Assembly (NCBI RefSeq): GCF_009914755.1
Contig: NC_060925.1
DNA from: the human T2T-CHM13v2.0 reference genome, Homo sapiens
Reading direction: 5' to 3' (one strand)
Length of the DNA stretch: 64,000 nucleotides
The position numbers and the translations under genes were made by a program. The notes beneath the pieces are model-generated. The model worked only from the letters and a program-made list of their open reading frames with translations. It had not been told where the DNA came from and ran no database searches. Positions 1 through 15,580 of this stretch are shown one piece after another. Every line of letters starts with the position of its first letter. Position 1 is the first letter of the stretch.

Positions 1-2011
1 CCTATTAACGTCTTCAGCCAGTTGGATGTCTAGTCAAAATTTACCCTGTGCTACACATTGTTTACTCATTTGTCATCATTTTACTCTAGTTTTGTAAAAT
101 TTTATCTCCAAGTTTTTAAAAGTGAATTCATTGTCTAACGGGTGAAAAAAGCAGTCCTAGGTAATGGTATGCCATTAACGTGTTCCACATGGTGAGCCTC
201 TCAGGTCTGCTGAACAGCAGAGACCTGATGTCATCTCTGAGATTTCCAATCAGAGACGGTCAAGTTGGCAAGTGTCCCCCTCTTGCTCATTTTTTCCCTG
301 TTAGCTCCATTGACAACATAGGCCGTATCCAAACCACCTTTGTTCAGTGCTTTGGCTGTAATCACCTCTCCGGTTTCCAGGCCTCTTCTCTTTAGGCTTT
401 TCAGGCTGCTCACTAGCCAAACCAACAGAATGTGCTGAAGAGAAGGAGAAAGAGGAAGAAGAGAAAGCAAGCCAAGGACCTCTTTTGCAAATTGATGATG
501 GCTTGAAATCAATTTATTTGGAAAAATAGTCAGACTACAGAAAAAAACATCCTTGCAACATTTTCAATCCAAAAAAGATGGCAGTATCATTCCTTCAAAG
601 TTCAGCAAATATTTGATAAGTACAACAATAATTATAATAAATTTCATGACCCTACTTGGTAGCACTCCAATGCATATTTCTGCTTTTCTTTTGTCTTGAG
701 ATAGGGAGTTGCTTTTTAATGTTTCCTTTGTTTATTTTCTCTTTAGTTCTGACTTCCTTAATTTTTACTCTTCCCCATACTATTTGCTGGTGACACTGGT
801 AACAAAGACAACGTATGCTATAGGTTGATAAGGCCATTGGTCTTCTCAGTAGAAGATGGAAAAGGACTAAGGGAAGCCTACTGAGACAGAGGTCTTGAAG
901 TAATAAGAGAATTATCCAACCAGAAAAAAATACTTATAATACTAAGTTCAGGAAATATAAAGACAGAAAAGACACAGGGTCTCTACCCTTTATGACTGTC
1001 TTGTTTTTTAAAAAAGGAACAAGATATAAATGACTAGTTTCTGAACTATGCAGTAAATGTTACACTGAAGGCATGTATGCCAAGATGCCATGGAATATTG
1101 GGCAAGAATCACTTAATATACCTGAAAAAGTCAAGGAAGATTCCACAAAAGGCCAGTTATTTAAGCTTACTATTAAAGAGTAATCAGCAGTTTTCCATCC
1201 AGAAAAGAGTCAGTAAAAGTTTTTCTAGTAGACTTAACAGTATGTGCAAAGACTTGGAGGTATGCAAGAGAAGGCATGTTTTGGGGACATAGTTCAGGGT
1301 GACTGGAGCCTAGGGTACAGAATGGGAGAAGGGCAGTAGACACCATGAGCATTTATTCCATGACAGGTGCTTAGATTTTGTCCCATGGGTGGTGCTATGC
1401 CTCTGATCCCCTTTCTTTTCCCTTCTAGTATTTGAAAGGACATATAACTAGAATATACTGTTCCTTCAGATATAATTATCACATCTCAACATTCATAGAT
1501 TTTCTTGCTTGGTTTAGGTAAGGCCAAACCTTCCATACTTCTTTCTCCTTCACTGGATCTGAAATAGAATTACTCAGATCAAAATATCCAGATTACTCAG
1601 GAATGTTATTGTCCAGGGATATTCTAAAAGACCTCCCAGCAGAGGTGTGCAAATTGACTAAAAACCTAACCATCATTCAAAACTTGGTGTTAAATAGTAC
1701 CATAAGTATATCTACATGATGAAGTAGCTGTCATTAATGTGCCTTGCAATGGTTTGGGAGAACAAGTGTCCAATGGACAGATGCCTGGAGTTGAGTTAAA
1801 ATTGCTCCTTACCAAGTGATTCCCAACTTAAGAACCCTGTCCTCCCTTGGAGTATGAATCAGCAGTAATGGCAGTCCATAAAGAGTTTTCATTGACTCAA
1901 TAAGTGTAGTAATAACCCATGATCATACAAAGTTGGCTAACTAGAATATTAAGTTTCTTTGCATTTGACTGAAATTGTCTAACTTTAATTCAGTAATGCT
2001 AAAATCACATG

Positions 2012-2200
2012 AGGGACAAAATAGCATAATGGTTAAGAGCACAGGCTCTGGGGCTAGATTACCTGGCTTCAAACTGCTACCCTGCTGACTATTAGTACAA
2101 CCTTTGCCAAGTTATATAACCTCTTCATTTCTAAGTCTGCCTATCTGTAAAATGGAGATAATCATAATACTTCCTCCTAACTGTGATTTAATAAATGCAG
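2012..2200 (+). mobile_element. MIR SINE
   Basis: agcataatggttaagagcacaggctctgg...caagttatataacctc...tctgtaaaatggagataat resembles the MIR head and core. Confidence 0.75.
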
Positions 2201-3374
2201 ACTGATTAAAGACAAAATGTATCAAAAAAAGAGAGAAAACATAATGAAAGTTTGAGGACCATTGGTCTAACTCAAGCAAAAGAATTACAATCATTCTCCT
2301 CAGACTGTAACCTATAATAGAAGAATATACTCTTACTTCACTGAAATCCAAAGTTCTGTCAGCCCTCTGGCTCTGGATTAAATGTGGAGGGAGCTGTATG
2401 GTACCTAATTCCATTTTTCGTTGTCTTCTCAAAGAAACAAAAACGTGTCCCTCAAGTCCCTCTAGGCCTCATTATCTTGCAGATATTTCAGACTCCAATA
2501 TGTTAGCCATTAAAAAGACGTCTCTCTGTTCGATGACACCATCCCTGGGCAAAAGCCACAGATAACAAAATGATCGCCAATTTTCTCTGGCAAGGCCACA
2601 CAGCCAAGAGGACAATGGTGGAAAAGGCTCATGACAAGGGAGGGCGAACAAATAAGGCAGAAAAAATGTTAAGTACTGGATAAAAGACTACAAGCCAAAG
2701 AATATGATAAACAGCTATGGCCTGCATGAAAAGCAGGAGTCCAGCTGGATCATCTGCCAGAATCCAGCACAGGGCCAGCTACCTTGAATTGTAGATGCAG
2801 TAGTGCCTGCTGGAGTGTCCAGCACTGATTACTTCCATAGATCTGCTAAATGGCATAAGCCACCCATGCCAGGGATAACAAAAGGGTTTGCAAAATTTTT
2901 GGGGGCTGGTAAGAGTGCCAGGAAAGAGTAGAAAGAGATTGGCTGGACAAATATACCCAATGGCTTTAGGGAAACCAAATGAAAATATAGAAATTGAAAG
3001 TGAGATAGACACTTGAGATGTCATGCTGGTTGAATTAAAGACAAGTGGTCAGTTCACTGGCTCTAAGCTCACTACATGAGTCTTCAGGAGTGACAGGGAG
3101 CCAGAGGTGGACAAAGATACAATTTCTGTTAACTAGCAAGCTATGCCTAGCAGAAGAGAGTGAAACCATTCTCTGTACACTGTCATTAGCTGGATTTACA
3201 AATTCTGAAAGCTAATACCTCATGGTGTTCAGTCTTACCATCAGTAAAATGGGAAATAGTGCATTGACGTCATCAACTTGGAGATAAAAATGGACAACTT
3301 GGACCACAGATACTCTGTGAAATAATTGTTACTATTGCTTGTATACTTATGATTTGAATGGCTAACAATAAATA

Positions 3375-3457
3375 TATGAGGTTAAACTGTATGAAATTGC
3401 TAGCATTTTGCCATTTTTGACCTATAAATACAGTAATTTTCTATGTTTAACTTAATA
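3375..3457. mobile_element. MADE2-like mariner-derived MITE
   Basis: About 80-bp element with degenerate terminal inverted repeats (tatgaggttaaactgtatgaaattgc ... gtaattttctatgtttaacttaata) and internal ccatttttgaccta typical of MADE2. Confidence 0.7.
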
Positions 3458-5924
3458 GATAAAGGTATAGATAAGATTTGAGTTACTTGGTTATAATAGA
3501 GAGCTCTATTAGCAAATTTTAACGGAGATCCTCTGTATACCCTTTCTCCTCCCACCCCCAATGACAAGTTGTTTCAGATTTCAGCAAAAACAAACTGGCC
3601 CTGGGATTAATTTCTAGCCTACTTTTCCTCGTCCCTTCTTTTCCTTCTGCTAATATTAGGCACTTTGATTCCTCATCTTACATTCCACCTTCCATTGGGT
3701 GTTGTGAGAAGGGGCTGGCCCTCCAACAGGGGACGCCTATTTGTGCCCAAGAGAGGTGGTTCTTTATAAACATGGCCATGGGACAGCAGCTGCTGAAGAG
3801 GGGGTCATGGGAAAGTTCTTTACTCCCAGATATTTTCTCCACCTCCCCTAGACAGAAATTATTTCTCTCAGGTTAAGTATCAACCTCATTAAACATTCTC
3901 TTTCAGTGAGCAAATATATCCATTCCCGTAATGCAGTGAGTGGCACCAGTCTTAGATCAGCATCCTCTGACATGTTATGTAAAAGGACACTAGGCACCAA
4001 GAAGGACTGCCACCAGCCACATTCCCAGCAAACAGCACTGCTGGCTGCAAACACTCCAAGAATGAACTGAGACTCAGATTTCTTCTTGCACCTCATCCTG
4101 CAAGCCCTATTGTTTCTTCAGTGAGGGGCAATTCATTAAAACTACTTACCCATATAAAACAACTTCCTTGTGATACAGAGCCTGCCACTGGCTCCTTTCT
4201 GACAGTTTCTAAGTTATAGAATTTGAGTTTCTGGCTCAGGCTTCCAATGGTGGATTCGAAAGAGAAAAACATACCCTCCTAAAAAGTTGTACCAATTCCC
4301 TGGGCTACAGAAGGGCCATTCCACTTGGGCCCTATCATGGGACCAACAGCAGTGGCTTTGGGGTGCCATACCAGCTGGAAATATCTGGAGGAAACTGTGT
4401 CAGATGGGACAGTCCCACCTGCAGCTGTACTAGATGCAATGGAGGCTAGGAGTAAGGGTAAAGCCCAAGGTCACAGACAGGATGAAGGCTCCGTCAGAGG
4501 AAATCCCAGAGTCTTTCACTCCATAGCACTTTTAAGACAAGTTCATAGAACCCTTCACTACTCAGACAGACCACAACCTTAATAATCTCATTTTTATGTA
4601 TGTGTTTGCTTTGGAGGAAGTCCCTGAGAATTATTATATAAAATTTTCCAAGCTGACTTGTGCTTTCTGTAAAATCTTGGCAGCCACCCTATCAAGGATG
4701 GCTTGATAGGAAGAAGTTTTCACATCAGATGTGGGATGAAAGATGCAGTCTCTTTCTTTCCACTTCTTTGGTTATCTCTTTCATGTGCAGGGTCTTGGCA
4801 GTTGTCATGCTCCCTCTAGCTGAGCACAGTGGACTCTCCAGGTATGTGTGCACATGCACCTCCCATAGGTGCTTCTCAACAATTAGACCCAGTGCAAAGA
4901 CTCTTGCTCCTCTTTAGCTTCAGGATCTTTGTCTTCTCCTTGGTGCAGGTTCCCCATTGGGGTGGCCAACCTCAAAGACATAATTTTACCTCTTGGTTCA
5001 CTACTGGGTGTCCTTTCTCAACCAAACCTCATTCTGCTTTAGCTCAGTCTCTGGGAACCACTTCTTTCCTGAAGCTCGCAGGCACTGAAAATTGCTAGGT
5101 ATCTTTCTCCAGGGAGCCAGAACACACAGACATGCCCCAGCTACCCAGAGCCAGATCAGAGGGTCTCAAGGGTGTGTGTGTCTAATCTACAGTTAGGCTA
5201 AATCAATGTCTTACAGCAGTGATCAGTCTCCGATTTTAATCACAATTGCCATTAATCTTTAAACTAAGCCTATTTAGAGATTTGCTCCTTCTTCCCTCCT
5301 TATGTGGTGTTCAAAACTAGCTCCTCACTGCTGACCTACCTGATTTCCCCCTGGCTGGGATAGGGCTTTCTTTCTCTAGAGCTCCTGATTTTTAATTTCT
5401 GTGCCATTCATCAACACCTTTTTACTGTTTTGTAGCTAAATGAAAAATTATTGTTTTATTCTCTATTCCTGGCACCATGGAAAAAAAATACAAGAACAGA
5501 AACCTGCAATAGGTAAAGTCCCAGTCTTCCAGGAGCTTATATTCTAGTAGGGGGCAGAGCCCAGGAACACAGAGCACAAGACCAAAAAAAAAAAAAAAAA
5601 TCTCAAGCTGAGAAAAGCTATTTCTCCCTGAAAACAGGCAAGTGTTACTGTCTCCCCAAGTAAGAGAAATCTCCCAGAGGCAACCCTGGATATTGTGCCT
5701 GACAGCTACAGGCCTGATAATAGGTGAACACTGCCCCCATCCCACACACACACCCAAAACCAGATTTGGGCCACACAATTTCTAAGAAATCTAGAAGTAG
5801 AAACAACTTAGAAAAAAGAAAATAAAACAATTTCCCTCCTATTGCAGAGACAATGCCTGGAAGCAAAATCTGTCAGTGATTTCACTCCAGAATAAATGGC
5901 CATCTGCTATGCTTCCCCACGACG

Positions 5925-5950
5925 TGAACACACACGTACACCTACTCCTG

Positions 5951-5984
<34 letters not shown>

Positions 5985-6160
5985 TCACACATATATAGGT
6001 ATACTTATACTTGCACACACACACACATTCACACATATATGAATACTTACAATATTTATACATACACACATAGACACACACTCACACATATACAGGTTTA
6101 CTTACACATACGCACACTCAACATTCACACACACACACACACACACACATGCATGCATGC
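5925..6160. repeat. Compound (CT)n/(CA)n/(TA)n microsatellite
   Basis: Directly visible dinucleotide runs interspersed with CATATA-type units. Confidence 0.95.
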
Positions 6161-6592
6161 TCCCAGTGAAGACTTCTCATCAGGGGCTTAATTACTTGGT
6201 AATGGAAAGTAGCAGTTCCATAAGTCAAGTCTGAAGGGTGGAGACCTTCCTATGCTTCTCACCTGACACTTCCTAAAGAAGCAGGGAGAACTACAATAGG
6301 CTCTAATGATGGTGGCACCACAGGACTGAAATGTGGACTCACTGGGGCTCCCCTTGGGGTCTTACACAGTCCAATGAATATCACCTCTTGTTTCACCCAA
6401 GCTCAGAATCTATTCTGTGGAAGGCACAGGAGCCTAATGCCATGGAGACCAGAATACCATTTTTACTATAGATAAAGGTGTTTGGGGGTTGTGGCATAAG
6501 CGAGAAGGCTGAATGAGCTGGCTTGAACTCCTCTGAAATAAGCTGATGCCCCAGAAATGTAGGCCTCCTCTGCTAGACTTTCCACATAATGA

Positions 6593-7085
<493 letters not shown>

Positions 7086-7612
7086 AGATGTCTCTTTACA
7101 TCAACATATGAAAAATGGGAAGCTAGTATGCTCAGCCACAGGTCCCTCAAGCACTCTTTTCTATGCTTCGGAGGACATAGTTGTCAGCCAGGGGGCTATA
7201 CTCGGATGGTTCTGAGTGTGAGAGGCTTATGGGCTGCGAGAGACTCTCATAGGCATTTGAGGAGAGTGTCGTGGGTGGCTGTGTCCTCCCCATCTTTCCT
7301 CTCATTCCCCTCTTCTTGAGCCTCTGGATTGTACTAGGATGGATTGAGATTGACAAACCTGAACATGTTTTGGTTTGAGGTTTGGCAAACTCTGTAACTC
7401 CAAAGTCTTCCACAAATGTTTTGTGTTCTGCAAAACCAAAAAACATTGGACAAGCACTTTCCCTCCTAATTTTTAAGCCCATGTGTGTTTAAAGGAAATG
7501 TAATCCGTATGTTTTGGGTACATTTACATGCAACTCATCAAACCATGCTCCTCTGCATGAGTAGTCACTTGATGTCTAAAATGCATGGGGAAGATCTTAG
7601 ATTTACAAGATT

Positions 7613-7643
7613 TTTGTTGTTGTTGTTGTTGTTGTTGTTGTTT
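7613..7643. repeat. (TTG)n trinucleotide microsatellite
   Basis: About 9 TTG units visible. Confidence 0.9.
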
Positions 7644-8109
7644 TACCACAGAAGGGCAATAGATGAGGTGCTTGATGGAAGGTGGTGAACTGGGTCCTGA
7701 TTCTGGCACAGAACCACCAGTTCCCAGAAGATTTGCAAATAATTCTCTGTATCCTCATCTATCAATATTTCCCACCTGCAAGGTGGCATTAATAATTGTT
7801 GCCCTTATCAGATGCTGTGGGTAGCCAGTGAGAATTAAAGTGTGATTATCAGGTAATTTTGAGATATTTAAAGAGAAAAATACAAGGGCCCCCTTACTTG
7901 CCGTAGCAATTTATTTTAATCTAGTTTTCCAGAATGCTGAAGGACAAAAATGGCTTCTATCTTTAGTAATTCATCCTTGCCCCATCATGAGACACATGAC
8001 TTCAATGTCATTATATCATAGTTTCACCTGCTAGGGAAGGTCAGGCTGGCTTCCTGTTCTCTACTAGGAAAACACTTACTTACATGGGGATAGAAAGTTG
8101 ATAAAGAAG

Positions 8110-8285
8110 TCATGGGGAGTAGACTACGAAGACAAACTGAGAATATACAGTTTGATTTACTTGCAAAAGCAAAGGTGCTAGGTGACTTGAATAGTGTTTT
8201 TACACAGATTAAGAGGTAGGATTCTGCCTTTTAGAGTTAGAATTCTGTTCTCAATATCTGTTGAAGATAAAATAAGTCAAGTGTA
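8110..8285 (+). mobile_element. Probable CR1/L3 3' fragment
   Basis: tacgaagacaaactgagaatatacagtttgatttacttgcaaaagcaaaggtgctaggtgacttgaatagtg resembles the YEERL..L..LEKRRLRGD terminal region of CR1 ORF2. Confidence 0.45.
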
Positions 8286-8294
8286 AACTGTTAG

Positions 8295-8490
8295 CATGAT
8301 AAAGCACAAACCATTCAGGCTTTGAAGTCAGGCAGAGTCGGTTTTAATACCTGCTCCAGCTTTACTTTGTGACAGTAGGAAAACTGCCTAACCTCTCTGA
8401 GCCTCAATTGCTTCATTTGTAAAATACGAGTTGTTTTGAAGATTAGAGAAAGCATAATTAAAGGTCTGGAACACAGTAAGTTAACTGATA
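8295..8490 (+). mobile_element. MIR SINE
   Basis: ctttgaagtcaggcaga...taacctctctgagcctcaattgcttcatttgtaaaat MIR core. Confidence 0.7.
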
Positions 8491-11323
8491 AAATTTCTGA
8501 TAGTACTTAAAGTAGCCCTCAGATTTTGATGGAACATAATGAAGAATTCCCATGGTATCAGAAAAGAATAAATAAATAATGCTGTGAAATGGATTAACGA
8601 AGATCCATAGTTCTGCTTTCCTGAATCCCTTAGAGAGAATAGAGCCCATTAGGAAGGACACACACATAACTGTCTGCCCTGAGCAGTAAGACAGTCACCA
8701 GCCTTCAGGCCAGTAGAGGAACGAGGGCCTCAGCACTTGAACTGAGATGTCATCACAATTCCTAACCAAAAGCAAATCCTTCAAGATGCAACAGTCTAAT
8801 TCTCAAAGTTAAAGAGTGGCTCTAATTCCTACAACATAGATCTAATGCTGGTCAACACTAGCTTATCTAGCCTACTTTTCTGTTCTAAATCATGCCTCAG
8901 CACCTTCATTCTCATGATACTCAGTCATGTTCCTGGGCAGGGGTCACGCCTTGTAGCCACAGGGCCTCCTTGATGTTGCACAGACATGCCTGGCACACGT
9001 CTGTCTTTGCACTTGCTGTTTCTACTGCCCAGAGTGCATAGTTGGTAGCTTCTTTTGCAACATTCATGGCATCTTATCAGGACACCATCCCTATTCACAC
9101 TGTAAAAGTGTCTTCCACTCTCACTCTACCTCTTAATCTGATTTATGTTTCTTCTTTGCATTTATCAATAATTGACATACATATTTCTTGATGCCTTTGC
9201 AGTGCAGACAATAAATGGTTAAAGTATGTTCAGATGGCAATTTCCAAGGATAGGGTGGCTGCTCATAGGAAAGCACTTATTTAGAAATCAAATTCAACTT
9301 TAGAAAAACGAATAAAAACTCAGAAAAACAATGACTCAAATGGGAGAAAAAAGCAAAGAAAATAAAATATTTCAAGTGCCAAGAATAAAATAAGCAAATA
9401 CTAAATGCTATTGGAGATACAGAAGGAAGGAAAAAGAAAGAAATAGTTTAATAACTAACACCAGTAGGTTGGAACCCTTGAGAGAGAGAGAGAGTTGTAT
9501 CTAGAGCAGAAATTCTTAACTTTAAGACTTTTTTGAAAATCTGAAGAAAGATATAGACCTCTCTCCAGGAAAAATGTGCATCTATTCATTCAAACACAAT
9601 TTTACCTACAATATCTGGAACCCCTGAAAAATCTATCCATGTACTTCAAGCTGAAGGTCTTAAAAGCCCTTGCATGCCATGGCCTACCTCCAGAAATAGC
9701 CTGTCATGAAAGTCCTGCCCCAAAGAATCACCACCAAGACAGGTCTAGAGGCTTCTTTACAAAAGGCTAGCTTCATTTTTGATCTCCTTATCACTAACAA
9801 GGTCTTCTGTTAGCCCATAGTGCAGAACCTTGGAAAAAAAGGCAATAGGAAATGGCTTGCAAGCACATTCTGCTGACCTGGACATGTAAAATAAGCTAAT
9901 GGGAAGGAAGAGGATGGGCCATCTGAAATGAAAGTAGTAGGTATTCATTCCTCACTGGCTAAATTTTGAAAATGACGGCCTTTGTCTTGTTATAAACAAA
10001 GAATGATCAAAAGGAGAGCATTTGACATGTAGTCCATATGCCTGAGTTCTACTACGCTCTACCACTAACAAGTAGTTGCTTGACCAAAAATATATTGCTC
10101 AATTTTGTTGTCTACAAGCTGGAATTTTGAGTGATTTTTACTTTTCTCAGTACATACAATTTTTAAAAATTCTGAGGTGAATACCATTTTATTCAAATCT
10201 AAATATATTTTAAATATACATAAGTTTAGTAGAGAAGTGATTCATAAGTCATTTTGTAAAGAAAATGATTGCCATAACTGATTTTTAGCATAAATCTGGA
10301 TTTTAATATAATGTACTGCACATTTCACAAAATGGTTTGAAATAAAAGTTTTTGGTTTATTTGAAAATTCTTACAGACAGAATACCAAAGATAACCCCTG
10401 GTAATCTGTCATTTGAATGTAAATAAATGCCCTCAAATTATAAAAAAAAAAAATCTATTAAAATAAACAGTCATTGCAAAGCCTACGCACTTATGAGACA
10501 GATGTGTCACATTTGTGGATTCAATACTGTCTATACAAGATGAAATTTTCTGATTGAATAATCTTAGATATAGCTAGTTTCCCTACCCATTTTGATTCTC
10601 TCCTAACTTTCCATAGGTAACAGCTTTTAATTTTATATAGGAGGAGTGAGAAAGAATTTCGAGAAAAGAAAGAAGTATCAACAAGAGAAATGACACAGTC
10701 TCTAAGGACATTTATAGCAGGAGCAAATGGTCCTATAAACTTCAGCAATAAGAGATTCACTATATAATAACCTAGTCATAATGACTGAGGCTAAGTCATC
10801 AAGAAAGGGGTGTTCTATAAACTCTCTTTTCTAAAGCAGGAAGCATCTGATATATTTTGGAACTATTTCCCAGGAGAAAAACAGTTACATTTTTTTTCAC
10901 ACTGTTTTAGCTCTTAAGGTAGTAATTTTCTGAAAAAATGTTATTTGTCTACAACTCCTTGTTTCCTGGGAATGAGAAATATATGAGATATCACTGCAGG
11001 TGCTGAAGCCACCTATAGATACTTATCAGAGAAAAATGGCAATCTTTTAATGATAATAAATTACCATAAAATTTGTTTTAAGTGACTCAATTACTAAATA
11101 TGATGTGGGGAAGAAAACAGCATGAGGGATTTGATCTGGTGATTTAGACTATGCAACAAAGAATTTGATTCTTACGTTAGCTATCCATTTCTCTTTGCCG
11201 AAGTGTACACAGTGGCGGAGCATACAGGTGTTTTCTAAAAGGCAGGAGCCATCAACCATCAGCAGGATGTGAGGGAAGTAATGTCACATAGAAAAGAAGT
11301 GCCTCTTCCCCAGTGATTCTTAC

Positions 11324-11388
11324 CTGTTTCTCCCAGAATCTCTGAATCCTTTAGCAAAAGGGTTTCGGTCAATTTTTAATCTGGTAAT
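11324..11388 (-). CDS. TBX15: TBX15 coding exon 6 (65 nt, phase 0 to 2); C-terminal end of T-box
   Basis: Acceptor tttgtttccag|ATTACC, donor AACAG|gtaaga. Encodes [21 protein letters not shown](R), containing the T-box NPFAKGF motif. Confidence 0.97.
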
Positions 11389-13628
11389 CTGGAAACAAAC
11401 AAATAAGTATGAATTGCTTTTATATTAACTGATTTCTTTCTTAGTACTCCTAGAAAATTACAAAAATCACTTTTTTAATAACAGTTGTTGCTTTTATTTA
11501 ATTTCCTTTCAGCTCAAGATTTAATTTGAAGCTGGATATAGAACTTGGCCTGGCACACAGATGTCTGACCCACCCGACTCACTTCTCTATAAAAACTAAA
11601 ATTTGCCCAGTATGTGACTCTAAAAACTCTCTCCTACTCACCTTCCTTGCCCCAGAGTGGTGGTAAATCACTTGCCTAGACAGATATTGAAATGGAAAAT
11701 TGGTCAATGGTCACGTCCATGGTACATGACACACGGGAGGCACTTAAAAAATGCTTGTTGAATGAGTGAGTAAACAAATGATGTGTAAGTGAGTTAATAA
11801 TTAATAATGGACTCAGTCAATTCAGTTAGGTGGAATCAGACCACAAGACAATCTGCCTTAGCCTGAAAGACCCAAAAAATTGACTGCATTTGCCATTTCA
11901 CTGAAGGCATGCCTTTCCTACCACTAGAAATTATTCATTTAATGACTTGAAATGTTCATGTAGAAGACAGAAAAAGCAGACTTTTGCCAGGGTCTTACCC
12001 AAAGGAAAATCTACAATGTGAGACTGAATGGGGCAGGATGCAGTACATGTTATCCAGTCTCCAAGACTCACAAGCAAATCAGAAACAAAGAGCCAGTTTC
12101 ATAAGGCTGACCAAGCTAGCACATCCAATTGTGTCACCAGCTTGGTCCTCAGGGGCCATGTGGTTCAACCCCCACTCAATGCATAAGTCCCCATCCATTG
12201 CATCCTATCTTAGTTCTGGCAAACCCTGCCATGGTTGTATATATTGCCCTCATGCCTGTAGACTAGAACAAGCCTGAACAACATATGTCACATGCACTCT
12301 AGTGTTTCCACTTTCAGCCTTGGTACCTTTGTGTCTGAATTGTTAATGACTCACTACATGCAAGCAATGGAGACTTAGGCATAGGTGCTAGGGAGCTCAG
12401 GAAGGAAGGAAGGCACTCCCAATGCAAGGTGATTCTAGAAATAAGGGAATCTCATTATTTAAGACCATCTTCATATTTTTGATAATTGTAGAACGTATCA
12501 CTAGGACAGCTAAAGTTGTTTCCTACATTGCAAATCTTTCCTAGTTCTCTTTCACCTCATTTTATCAGAGTGGAATTTCCCAAGACCGCAGTCTTTAAAG
12601 GTCTTTCAAAGCAATGTGAGATTCTGACAAACAGACTCTGACTTGAAAGAGTCTTCCAGGCTTCAAGGTTATTTTCTTCCTAAATATTCCTTGCCTTTAA
12701 AACTGCACACTAATTATGCAGCACTAACAATGTAGCAAAAGCAATTTTACATGTATTTTATAGACCATAGCAGGAGTCTAAAGGTTTGGCTTTCTAAAGT
12801 CGAGTGTCTGCCATATGAACACTGTATTGAGTTTAAAGAGTGTCACTGCTTTTCTGTGTTTGACCGAAAATCAGTTCTTTCTTCCTCCATAATCCACAGC
12901 AATAAACCATGCACCATATTTTCTTTTCAAGTTGGAGTTATAATATTTTATTTTCTCTTTCAAGTTGGTTTATCCTGTCCAACTCATTTATGATAGGGAT
13001 TTCTGACACATGACTGTGATACCATGTTTTGGGGGTCTCCACAGACCCCTGTAAATATAACAGCACTCTACTTCATGGGCCCGGGGGAAATGGTTAAAAA
13101 TATATTTCCCACAGCTCATTGGATCCCAGGCCAATGGGTATGCATGGAAATTTAATAGCAAATGTCTCAAGTGTTAGAAAAAAACAATATCTGTACACTT
13201 GTTTTAAAGCTTTTAATGTGAGAATTAGGGAGCTTTATGAAGAGAGTGGTTGTGCCACTTATCATTTATCATCAAGTGCCTTCTGTGTGCAAAGCAGTGT
13301 GACAAGCAACACAGGTGACAGAATGGTGTACAGCCAGTGTATAGCTGTGTGTCATCCATTTTTCCTCAAGGAGCTTATAATCCAGAAGAAAGAAGCAGAT
13401 GTGCACTAACAATTACAATATAAAAAAGAAGGTCATAAAGTTCACAATAAAGGCAAAGTACCCTGAAAGCTTAGACGAAGTAGGAATTACTCCATGTTGA
13501 AGGGCTCTGGGGTTTCATGTTAGAGACAGCATGTGAGCTAGGCCTTGAAAGATGTGTAGGATTTTAATGAAAACACAAGAGAAGGAAAAAGGACAAAGGA
13601 AGCATTTCTTAAGAAAGGCACTATGTAA

Positions 13629-14804
<1,176 letters not shown>

Positions 14805-14869
14805 AAGAAAGGCCCTATGTAAGCATGAATATCAAAGTGGGAAAGAATAACACATATTCCAGAAACCTT

Positions 14870-15580
14870 AGCCCATGTCATCATCATCTCTTGACTGAAC
14901 TATTCTATGTAGCCTTAGAACTGAACTCCTTTCTTCCATTCTCGTCCCTGTACAATCTCTTCTCTATCCAGCACCCCATTTGGTCTTCGTTAACATGTAA
15001 CTGGACCATGTCATTCTCTTTAGTGGCCACTACCGCTCAGAATTTAATCCAAATTCCTTGTCTAGCCTTGCAGAGCCAGCAGGCCCTTACTCTGGCCTGC
15101 CTCTCCAACCCATTCACACTCCCTTGCCTTGATCCACAGGCTCAGGACAGACTGAGCAACTCAGCCAGACTGAGATGCTCCCAGTTCTGGAATGTGCCAA
15201 GCTCTTTCTGTGTTCAGGCCACTCACATTTGCTCTACAACCAAATTTGAAATGCTCATTTCTCTACTTTGCACATAGCTGACTCCTCGTCCTAAGCCTCA
15301 GTCAAAAATATTATCTCCTGAGAGAGATCTTCTCTGATCATCTCTCCAAAATAGGATACTTCTGCTACTCTTCTTAACTGCACCCTTTTAAATTCCATCT
15401 TTGCTCTTAACACAATTGGTAATTACACATGTATTTTTGTATTTACATGTTTACTAAATGTAACTCCCCCCGGACCACAGGTAGGAACCATGTCTATTTT
15501 ATATACCATTTAATTAAGCAGAACCTAGTGTGACATGCTCATTGAATATTTATTCAATGAGCAAGTGAATGAATAAATGA
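14870..15580 (+). mobile_element. L2 LINE 3' fragment
   Basis: Pyrimidine-rich L2-like body ending in the L2 3' terminus (...aatatttattcaatgagcaagtgaatgaataaatga). Explains the 193-aa ORF 14696..15277. Confidence 0.65.

Noticed and set aside
180-512. Opposing ORFs 180..395(+) and 231..512(-)
   Set aside because: No similarity to TBX15 downstream exons (RTGLEAIMETYAFW... is not found in the window) or to any protein I recognise.
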